Below are positions 11,148 through 24,890 of a stretch of 64,000 bases of DNA, in pieces. Where the stretch lies: contig JBODTK010000104.1 of the NCBI GenBank assembly GCA_050613775.1, positions 1 to 64,000 of the forward strand. Reading direction: 5' to 3'. Positions within the stretch are counted from its first letter, which is position 1. Each line of letters opens with the position of its first letter. The DNA is from Neocallimastix sp. 'constans'. Lineage: Eukaryota. The position numbers and the translations under genes are program-made. The notes beneath the pieces are model-generated. The model was given only the letters and a program-made list of their open reading frames with translations, made no database searches and was not told the DNA's origin.

Positions 11148-14100
11148 ATGGGAGCAGAAGCACTCCCAATGACAAAACAATAGCTTCATTAAATAATTTA
11201 CAAAATAATACTTTTACCAAGAATACCCCAATTGATAATAATTCCTTTAATAAAGAATCTGAAGAATCTGATTTTAGTGACACAACTGAAAGTGAGGATA
11301 ATATCATTATAAATGCTATAAAAAGAAAAATGAATGATAATAACAGCGAAAAGGAAGAAAATAATTCCAAGAAAGTACATAAAAGTTTAAAAGATAATCC
11401 ACGTCCTTTCGCAACTCCTGCTTTAAGAAAGAAGAAAGAAAATGAGCTACATAATAAACCAAATAAAGTTTATAAAAATCAAATACTTCCTTCAATTTTA
11501 ACTCAACCAAATATTAACAAAGAAAAACAAAAAGAAAAGGAATTAAGAAATATAACAAGAGTAAGAGAAAGTAAAGAAGAAAACAACAATTATTCATCAA
11601 AAGGAAAGAAAAAAGTTGAATCTGAAGATATACTTGTAATCGATAATGAAATAGAAGATATAGAAATGAATAAAGATAATCAACAAAATAAAACTAATAC
11701 TTTGGAAAAATTAATTTCAACAAAAACTAAAGAAACTAATAATGAAAATACTCAGTTAGTAAAAAGGAATATCAAAATGATGAATAATAAAGAACCTTAC
11801 AATATTATGGATGATTTAAATAATCTTAAATCCAGTATTACGATAGGTCAACTCTTGAATGCATGTCCGAAAATTCGTTCACAATTAACTCAAGGTTTAA
11901 AGTTAGAAAAATCTAAAATAATTGGAACTGTAGACAATGTAATAGCACGAACTTTATTAGTGAATAACTATGATCATAGCTACATAAGTAAAAGTAATGA
12001 AGTAGCCGAAGAAGACTTAGCAATGGTTGATGCAAGTGTTGACGGAGTACTAGGAAAACTTTTAATTGATTCTTGTAGTAACCTAAGCATCGTTACTAAG
12101 CAGTATTTTGATAAATTACCTGGTGAATATGAAACAGTTGGAAAAAGTCGTGGAAGAATCCAACTAGCAACACAAGATGAAGAATACTCGGAAGGAATTA
12201 TTGTTCAATTACCAGTAAAAATTAATAATTATGAATTTAATGCGGACTTTAGAATTATTGAGAAAGAAGACTCATTTTATGATATGTTAATAAACTTTAA
12301 AACTCAAATCGATCATTGTTTATTTATTCATCCGACCTTAAACAGTTTATGTAAACTTTTGTCAGAAAGTGAATACGAAGAAATAGCTAAAATAAATAAT
12401 CAATATTATGATGAAGAAAGTATAATTTGCACTATTAGAAAAGTTAAAGAAACGAATAATGAAAAGGAAATTATAAAGGAATTAACTCCAATGGAATTTA
12501 TTGAGAGTGATGAATTTTTAAGTACCTTAAATAAAGATTATAAAGAACAAATTATTAAAATTCTCAAAGAAATGATTGACATAGTTGCCACTTCAACAGA
12601 AGAACTAACTCCTTCTAAACTTTCACCACATAAGATCCGTTTGAAAGCAAATGCAAAGCCAGTAAAATTAAGAAGTTATAGGTTAACTAAATTAAAATCA
12701 GATATCTTAAAAGAAGAACTTACAAAGCTTATTAAGAAAGGATTGATAGAACCATCCTGTTCAGAATGGTCATCTCCAGTAGTACTCATTCTAAAACACA
12801 ATGGAAAGTGGCGCTTGTGTATTGACTACCGAAAAGTCAATGATATGACAGAAAAAGATTCTTATTCAGTTCCATATATAGATGAAATTTTTGATAGTCT
12901 CGGAGGATCTAAAATATTTACAACTCTTGATTTATTTTCTGGTTTTCACCAAATCTTAATGGATGAAGAAAGCGTTGAAGTAACCACTTTCACTACTAAG
13001 TTTGGAAATTATCAATTTAAGGTTATGCCTTTTGGACTTACTGGAGCTCCCTCAACCTTCCAAAGAGAAATGAATAAAATTTTATTCCCTTTTATTGGTG
13101 AATTTGTTTATGTATTTATTGATGATGTTTTGATCTATTCAAAAAGTATCGAAGAACATTTAATTCATATTAAACAAGTATTAGAAGTATTTAAAGAAAA
13201 CAAGTTAAAAATTAATATTGAAAAGTGCCATTTTCTTCAAACTGAAGTTGATGTATTAGGTCACAAACTTACTACTAAAGGATTAAGTCCCATGGAAAGT
13301 AAAATAACAGCTATTAAGAAGTGGGAAGCCCCTTCATCAATTCATGAATTAAGATCATTTCTAGGAGCAATAGGGTATTATCGTGACTTTATCCCTAAAT
13401 ATGCTCAAATTACCTCACCTTTATGTAAATTATTGAAAAAGAATACTAAATATGAATGGAATAAAGAACAACAAGAAAGCTTTGAACTCCTAAAAGAAAA
13501 ATTAATCAATGCACCTATTCTAAAATTTCCGTCATTTGACAAACCTTTTATCATTAGAACTGATGCTTCGTATAATGGAATTGGTGGAGTTCTTTTACAA
13601 AAAGAAGAAGAAACCGGTAAGGAGCATCCAATACACTTTATAAGTAGAAGTTTGAAGAAAACTGAAAAGAATTATGGTATCACAGATTTGGAAGGAACAG
13701 CTTTATTTTACTGTATGACTAAATTTAAATCTTATATTGAAGGAAATCCATTACCTACAACTATTTACACAGATCATAAACCATTAGTTGGTTTATTTAA
13801 GAATAAAGAACCTTTGAATGCAAGGCAAACAAGATGGTGTCTAACCGCTAGTATGCTTGGAATTAATATAAAATATGAATCAGGCAAAAAGAATGTGTTA
13901 GCTGATGCTCTTTCAAGAATGAAAAGTAAGGAAGAGAGAAAGATATTATTAACAAAAATTACTAATGGAAATAATGAAGAATTATTATCTAAGGTTATAA
14001 AGGAATTTATTAATGAAAAGTTTACTGTTATTGATGGTGAAGATTACTTTATCGACAATGGAAATTATAGAAAATTAATAACGGACGAAAATGAAAGGTT

Positions 14101-15145
14101 TAAATTAATTTTAGAAGCTCATAATATTGGCCACGAAGGATATTACAAAACATATCAAAGACTTAAGAAAAACTTTTATTGGAATCATATGATTAAAGAT
14201 ATCAAAAGAATTGTTAGTAATTGTGAAAAATGCCAATTAAATCGTCCTCAACCATATCCAGAACCAACCGAAAACCATCCAACTAAAGTGGAGGGTCCCT
14301 TTGTGCATTTAGGATTAGATATTATAGGACCTTTGCCAAAAACAAGAAATAACAATCAATATATTATCGTTACAGTTGATTATTTCACCAAATGGGTTGA
14401 AGCTGAACCCACTGAGAATATAACTTCCTATGATGTAATTAAATTTTTAATAAACGTTTTTGCAAGACATGGTGTGCCTCAAGTTATTACTACTGATAAT
14501 GGAGTCCAATTCACCTCCGACATGACAAAAATCTTTCTTGACCTTTATGATGTTTATGTAAAATTCATAGCTACCTATTACCCTGAATCCAATGGTCTCA
14601 CTGAAAACCGAAATAAAGAAATTGGAAAATTGCTTCGTTTATTAGGAAGGAAAAATCAAGATTGGGATGAAGTTTTACCTTCTGCTTTATGGGCACTTCG
14701 AACTACCAAAAATACAGCTACTGGACATTCTAGTTTTGAATTAGTATATGGAAGAGAAGACCAACAGCCTTATGATATAGCCATAAGAACAATTGAAAAT
14801 GCAGGTAAATCATATGATGAAATTTTAATGGAAAAATTTGTTCGTCATTATCAATGGACTAGAGAAGCATGCGAAAATGTGAAGAATGCTAACAAGTATT
14901 GGGCAACAAGACGAGAAGAACAAATAAGTATGAAAAAAGGAAAAGAATTAAAGGCTGGTGATCTTGTTCTTGTTAGAAACTTTAGCCGCACTAAGCTAGA
15001 ACCATATTACAATGGACCATTTAAAATTTTAAAAATTCAATTCAACACGGCAACCCTAATCGATCAGAAGACTGGAAAGCAACTCGATAGGAATGTTCAC
15101 TTTAAAAATTTAGTAAAGTTTAACTCCGCTTACAGAGAAGCTTGA
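11135..15145 (+). CDS. pol: Pol, family A copy 2 (entered by -1 frameshift; first ATG 11330)
   Basis: Uninterrupted PR-RT-RH-IN reading frame. Confidence 0.95.
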   Translation, partial: FKLLNGSRSTPNDKTIASLNNLQNNTFTKNTPIDNNSFNKESEESDFSDTTESEDNIIINAIKRKMNDNNSEKEENNSKKVHKSLKDNPRPFATPALRKKKENELHNKPNKVYKNQILPSILTQPNINKEKQKEKELRNITRVRESKEENNNYSSKGKKKVESEDILVIDNEIEDIEMNKDNQQNKTNTLEKLISTKTKETNNENTQLVKRNIKMMNNKEPYNIMDDLNNLKSSITIGQLLNACPKIRSQLTQGLKLEKSKIIGTVDNVIARTLLVNNYDHSYISKSNEVAEEDLAMVDASVDGVLGKLLIDSCSNLSIVTKQYFDKLPGEYETVGKSRGRIQLATQDEEYSEGIIVQLPVKINNYEFNADFRIIEKEDSFYDMLINFKTQIDHCLFIHPTLNSLCKLLSESEYEEIAKINNQYYDEESIICTIRKVKETNNEKEIIKELTPMEFIESDEFLSTLNKDYKEQIIKILKEMIDIVATSTEELTPSKLSPHKIRLKANAKPVKLRSYRLTKLKSDILKEELTKLIKKGLIEPSCSEWSSPVVLILKHNGKWRLCIDYRKVNDMTEKDSYSVPYIDEIFDSLGGSKIFTTLDLFSGFHQILMDEESVEVTTFTTKFGNYQFKVMPFGLTGAPSTFQREMNKILFPFIGEFVYVFIDDVLIYSKSIEEHLIHIKQVLEVFKENKLKINIEKCHFLQTEVDVLGHKLTTKGLSPMESKITAIKKWEAPSSIHELRSFLGAIGYYRDFIPKYAQITSPLCKLLKKNTKYEWNKEQQESFELLKEKLINAPILKFPSFDKPFIIRTDASYNGIGGVLLQKEEETGKEHPIHFISRSLKKTEKNYGITDLEGTALFYCMTKFKSYIEGNPLPTTIYTDHKPLVGLFKNKEPLNARQTRWCLTASMLGINIKYESGKKNVLADALSRMKSKEERKILLTKITNGNNEELLSKVIKEFINEKFTVIDGEDYFIDNGNYRKLITDENERFKLILEAHNIGHEGYYKTYQRLKKNFYWNHMIKDIKRIVSNCEKCQLNRPQPYPEPTENHPTKVEGPFVHLGLDIIGPLPKTRNNNQYIIVTVDYFTKWVEAEPTENITSYDVIKFLINVFARHGVPQVITTDNGVQFTSDMTKIFLDLYDVYVKFIATYYPESNGLTENRNKEIGKLLRLLGRKNQDWDEVLPSALWALRTTKNTATGHSSFELVYGREDQQPYDIAIRTIENAGKSYDEILMEKFVRHYQWTREACENVKNANKYWATRREEQISMKKGKELKAGDLVLVRNFSRTKLEPYYNGPFKILKIQFNTATLIDQKTGKQLDRNVHFKNLVKFNSAYREA

Positions 15146-16972
15146 GTCTTCGTCGGGGCATCTTGATAAGAATGTACTAAATAATGCATTCTTAATTAAA
15201 TCTACGATTTATTTCTAATACATTATGTGTACATTATTATTTTTGTACTTTAATAAATTTTTAAATCCAAAGATCAAAAATTAAATCAAAAATTATATTA
15301 AACTTTATATTTTTATATTAAATCTTATATTAATAGTAATATTTTTATATATTTAAAACTTATATTAGCAATATTAATAATAAATCTTATTTTTTTTTAT
15401 ATTAATAATGAAAATTTATATTAATAATATTTTTATATATTGATAATTAAAAATTTATATATTATATTTTAACTTTTTATTATAAAATTTTATATCGAAA
15501 TGCTTTATTTTATATTGAAAAATATTTTATTTTATTAAAAACCTTTATATTAGAATAGTATTTTTATTTTTATTTGAATATTTTAACAGATTGTAATAAA
15601 AATTATAGCCAATTAAATAAATTCTTATTAGTAATATTTTAGATATTTTTAAATAAATAAATAAATAAAAAAAAAAAAAAAAAAAAAAATGTTTTATTAA
15701 TATTATAAATGTATTTTATTTATATTGTTATAATTAAATTTTATATAATTAATTATAAAAATCAATTTAAATTTAATAGTTTTTATAAAAAAAAAATAAA
15801 TAAAATGTAATTTAGTGGCAAGAACAACTTTTATGCCTTGAAAAAAGTATAAATAGTTGTAAATTTTGCTACTAATTTTTAAATATCATCAAATAAAATC
15901 AAATAAATTTATAAATAAAAATAATAAATAAATAAATAAAATTTGTGTTTCCTTACTTTATTTTTATTTAATTCTCTAAAACCTTAACACATGATAATAC
16001 AGAATGAACAAATAATACTAATTGTGCTAGAATAATATAAATTATTCTAACCTTATAGATTATTCTATTCTATATAATTGGAACTTTCCAATATTCTTCA
16101 AATATTACTAAATAGAAAATCTTAAGTTAATAAATCACTAATTAACTTATAATTCCTTTTTGAATTATCGATCCGATTCCATTATAATGTATTAAAAATC
16201 TTTAGCCAAGAATATTGTCCTTGCCCACTTAATATATTAATATTATATTTCTTTTGTATTATGTTATATTGAAAATAATCAAATCTATTTAATTAGTTAT
16301 TAAAATTTTCGTTATCAATTTAAATTTATTTTTAATTACTAAATTTAACTAAACCACAATAAAATATTCTGTATAATCTCTTTATTTTTATTTTATATAT
16401 ATTAGTATTAAACTATTATTAAATAATTAATAATTCAATAATATATAACTACTATTTATAACAATAATATTATTAACTAAAATAATAATTCAATTTCAAT
16501 TTAAATGTTTTATTTATAAAAATAATTAGTAATTAGTTTATTAAAAAAATAGTTAGGCTTTACAAATTTTAATTTGATAAAAAAATATAAATACATGTAA
16601 TTTTAGTGAAATAAAATATAATCAAAAAAACTTTCTTTTTATTAAATAAATAATTATATTATTATTTTTTTTTTATAAATTTAAATAAATAAATATTGAT
16701 TTTAAAACAAATTATTTTTTTTTATTGTAATTTTATTATTTGTGTTAATTATTATTATATTCCTAAAATTATATGAACCATACCATGAAAAATTGGTGGA
16801 GATATCGGGGAATATAATAATAAATTAATACATTGGGGATAAAATTATAATATTAATAAATAATTTTTCTAATAAAACAAATATTTTTTTTTAAAAAAAG
16901 AAAACAATTTTTATATTTTTAACTAATTATTATTAATTGTTAAAAATATTAATTAATGTAACGAATCTTAAA

Positions 16973-17587
16973 TGATACGATATTTTATTAAATACCGTAT
17001 ATGTTAGTTGGGCGTTTGTGCAAAAGGGAATTACTCCAAGAATATTATATTACAATAATTATATTTACTTTTTATTTATTTATCTTTTATTATTTTATTT
17101 ATTATATTTTATCATAAAAAAAATACATGTTTTATTATTATTCCTTAAAAAAAAAGAAAATATTTATTTATAAATTATTTTCATAATTATATTTTTTACT
17201 AATTTTATAAATTTTATTTATCGAAACACTAAAATTAATTAATAAATATAAATATCCATAACTTTTTACTTATAACTATTAATTCATCTTGTTTAACATT
17301 ATTTAAAAATTATTTTAATATTAACATCAATTTAATTAAACATTCAATCTCCGTTATAATTAATATAACTAATTTTACTATATTATCAACAATTCTTTTA
17401 ATATTTTTAATATTATTATTTAATTTAATATTTTAATAATTAATAATAATAAATTATCTTTAATAATATATTAATAATATATTTTAAGATTCATTATATA
17501 AAATTAATTTTTAATAAATATTTATATTAATAATTTTTCTAAATAATTTTTCTATTATTTTCTATTATTTTTACTGGACATGCATCA
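16973..17587. mobile_element. Solo LTR inserted in the 5' LTR of B
   Basis: 615 bp absent from the 3' LTR of B; ends TGATAC...GCATCA; 4-bp TSD TAAA. Confidence 0.85.
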
Positions 17588-17610
17588 TAAAAAATTAGAA
17601 ATTAGAATGC

Positions 17611-17663
17611 TGGCATAGTGGTTAGTCACTATGACCTCAGCCTGAACCACTAGGGTTCGACTC
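17611..17663 (+). promoter_or_regulatory. tRNA-type Pol III internal promoter inside the B LTR (second copy 23052-23104)
   Basis: A-box TGGCATAGTGG and B-box GGTTCGACTC at tRNA-like spacing, with a T4 run shortly downstream; no cloverleaf. Confidence 0.75.
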
Positions 17664-18182
17664 ACACCTTTACTAAAATTTTATATCATTTAAATTTTAA
17701 AGAATTTTTATACTTCATTTCTGTATTTGTTTCTGTATTTGTTTCTGTATAAATTTCTGAAAAAATTAACAAAAGACATTCTTAGAAATTAATAGAAACA
17801 AATCAGATAGAAATTCTATTTTAATTTATCTTTTATCATTATTTCTTTTAGATTCTTTTTAACCGAAAATAATCAATTTTTATGAAACTTTTTAATGATT
17901 TTATGGTTTTAAATTTTTATGGATTTAAATTTTGAAAAACTATAAATAGGAGTGAATTTCGCAGCCAAAAAAAAAAAATATTTTAAAAATTGTGTTTTTA
18001 TTAATTATTGAATTAATTAATAAGTAATTCGAAATATTACAATAATTAATCTTTATAATTAATATTTTTAAATTTCTTAATTAATAAAACTATATTTTAA
18101 AAAACCAAATTACTTATTAATCAAAAAGTGCTTACCTATTGTGTTACACTCTTTAAAACACGGATATTCCAATATTCGTTAC

Positions 18183-18193
18183 AATAAAAACAC
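18183..18193 (+). promoter_or_regulatory. Self-priming PBS of B
   Basis: AATAAAAACAC is complementary to GTGTTTTTATT at 17992-18002, about 50 nt downstream of TATAAATA (17941). There is no TGG tRNA-type PBS. Confidence 0.75.
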
Positions 18194-18230
18194 CACTAAA
18201 CTAAGCACAATACCTTTGCACTTTTACTCT

Positions 18231-18470
18231 TTTTGGAACCCCATTAAGGAATCCCATTTTCTACTACTATTTTTGGAACCCCGTTAAGGAATCCCATTTT
18301 CTACTACTATTTTCGGAACCCCGTTAAGGAATCCCATTTACTACTATTCTTTTTTGGAACCCCGTTAAGGAATCCCATTCTCTACTACTCTTTTTGGAAC
18401 CCCGTTAAGCAATCCCATTCTCTATTACTCTTTTTGGAACCCCGTTAAGGAATCCCATTTTCTACTATTT
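18231..18470 (+). repeat. Six ~40-bp tandem repeats in the B leader
   Basis: Unit TTTTGGAACCCCGTTAAGGAATCCCATTTTCTACTACT. Confidence 0.9.
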
Positions 18471-18702
18471 TTGAAACCACTTACCATTACTATAAATTTT
18501 TCTACCAAAATTCATTCATGAATTTATAAATTCAATCGGAACCCTTGAATTTTACTATATATTAAAATTATTAATATTTTCAATAATCCATATAACCATC
18601 CTTGAAATTAAAATTATTTATATTGAAATTAAATATTTACTTCTTCTAATAATTAATTATATTGTATATTTATTATTCAATCAAAATCAATAATTATAAT
18701 AA

Positions 18703-18746
<44 letters not shown>

Positions 18747-18803
18747 ATAATAATAATTTAGATATTTAATAGTTTTAATATAAATAACCAATTGAATAAT
18801 TAG

Positions 18804-22705
<3,902 letters not shown>

Positions 22706-23972
22706 ATATAAATCATTTAATCAAAAATAAATTTTATTTCATCAAAGTACTATTAATCATTCTAACTTATGATTATTTTAAAAAAAAAAAAAAATTATTT
22801 TATATTATTCAAAAACATTTATTCTAGATAGTTTTATTTTTATACTTTATTTTTAAAACTTAAAATTCATGTAATTTTTATTATCCAATGTATTAATTAA
22901 ATTATCACTCCTATAAGTAATTTAGTTATAGTTTATTATTATAAAAGTTAGAATTAGAAATAGTTTAGATTTAAAGCAAAAGATTCGTCTGGCATCCGAA
23001 TCCTAGAGGAGGACCATGTAACGAATCTTAAAAAATTAGAAATTAGAATGCTGGCATAGTGGTTAGTCACTATGACCTCAGCCTGAACCACTAGGGTTCG
23101 ACTCACACCTTTACTAAAATTTTATATCATTTAAATTTTAAAGAATTTTTATACTTCATTTCTGTATTTGTTTCTGTATTTGTTTCTGTATAAATTTCTG
23201 AAAAAATTAACAAAAGACATTCTTAGAAATTAATAGAAACAAATCAGATAGAAATTCTATTTTAATTTATCTTTTATCATTATTTCTTTTAGATTCTTTT
23301 TAACCGAAAATAATCAATTTTTATGAAACTTTTTAATGATTTTATGGTTTTAAATTTTTATGGATTTAAATTTTGAAAAACTATAAATAGGAGTGAATTT
23401 CGCAGCCAAAAAAAAAAAAATATTTTAAAAATTGTGTTTTTATTAATTATTGAATTAATTAATAAGTAATTCGAAATATTACAATAATTAATCTTTATAA
23501 TTAATATTTTTAAATTTCTTAATTAATAAAACTATATTTTAAAAAACCAAATTACTTATTAATCAAAAAGTGCTTACCTATTGTGTTACACTCTTTAAAA
23601 CACGGATATTCCAATATTCGTTACAATTAATATTAAATTAAACTAATATTCGTGCATAGATTTCCGGGTTAAGTTTATCCTACATAGTAATTGGGCTAGT
23701 AGGCTCTGGACTGCTATTTTTTATATTGAAAATAGTAACCGTGGCACACGCGTGGCATGACACCTTTCAAGAGGTAAGCTGCACGTCAGACAGTGTGTAC
23801 TATCAGATTGCACGATTATTATAATTTAATAAGTGATTAACAATAATAAATAATTAATAATTTTATTAGTTAAAAGATTTATTTTTTTTAATTTTTTTTA
23901 TTTTTACTTTTTTTTATAACAATTTATACATTACGAGGTTTAGCATTCTATAGATACAATAAATTTTATTTT

Positions 23973-24890
23973 ATGAGAACATCCAGTACTTCCAGTACTC
24001 CAACAGAGAGTACTCCAGAAAGTAAGCTTAGCTTCAGAGAATTAAAGAAAGAATTAAAAGATTTTGAAAAGCTTACTAAACAAAACCTTGACATCAACTC
24101 CTGGGCAAATGAGTTAAAGGCATGGATAAAATACCAACATATCAAGGATCCTGAAACTATTTTTACTGCTTGTATATTAACGGCTTCTGGAGAACCAAGA
24201 GAAATTATCCAAGAACTAGAAGATGGAAATGACCTTACTGAAGATGAAGATTCTGATTTCGATAGCGATAGTGAAGGAGAAGATGATGAAGAAAGTGAAT
24301 CTACTACCACCTACCCAAGCCTTGATGAAATCATAAATCATCTGAAGACTTTCTATGGACTTAAAGAAGATCAAACCAACTTGTTACGAGAATTGCGTTC
24401 CATGAAAATAAAGAAGAACGAGAAAGTTAAAGATTTTAATGTCCGTTATAGATCTTTGTACCATAAATTGGATAAAAAGAGAAGAAGAAAAATTAGTGTT
24501 TTAGATTATGCAGATTCCTTAACCAATAATCCTGACGCATGGAGAAAGGTTATGCTTAAAGACAATATTTCTATTACCAAAGCATTCGCTATAGCTGAAA
24601 AAGTTGATCGTTTATCTATTAAAAATAGTACTGAATATTATGATAAGACTCGTTACAATCTCCTTAACTCTAAAAGTAATTTTAATAAGAACATTTCAAA
24701 TGATTTTAACAAACCAAAAACCCACAAAAATGTATCTATAGAAAATCTCACTAACAAGATGAAAGAAATGAAAATTAGTACTTGCTGGTTTTGTAGCAAT
24801 GAAGGACATACCAAACGAAACTGTCCTAAATTAAATTCTATATTGGAAAATAACCGCAAGAAGTTTTATGAAAATTATTTAAACCACTAA
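23973..24890 (+). CDS. gag: Gag of element C
   Basis: 305 aa, aligns with A gag (LSFRELKKEL, DPETIF); CCHC CWFCSNEGHTKRNC. Confidence 0.92.
   Translation: MRTSSTSSTPTESTPESKLSFRELKKELKDFEKLTKQNLDINSWANELKAWIKYQHIKDPETIFTACILTASGEPREIIQELEDGNDLTEDEDSDFDSDSEGEDDEESESTTTYPSLDEIINHLKTFYGLKEDQTNLLRELRSMKIKKNEKVKDFNVRYRSLYHKLDKKRRRKISVLDYADSLTNNPDAWRKVMLKDNISITKAFAIAEKVDRLSIKNSTEYYDKTRYNLLNSKSNFNKNISNDFNKPKTHKNVSIENLTNKMKEMKISTCWFCSNEGHTKRNCPKLNSILENNRKKFYENYLNH

Larger units (their letters stand above)
8004..15989 (+). mobile_element. Ty3/gypsy family A copy 2, structurally complete
   Basis: LTRs 8004-8850 and 15164-15989, PBS 8857, intact gag and pol. No matching TSD (left TTAT, right CATG). 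Confidence 0.96.

Noticed and set aside
17604..17676. Bona fide tRNA gene in the B LTR
   Set aside because: No acceptor, anticodon or T stem can be formed; only the A/B boxes remain.
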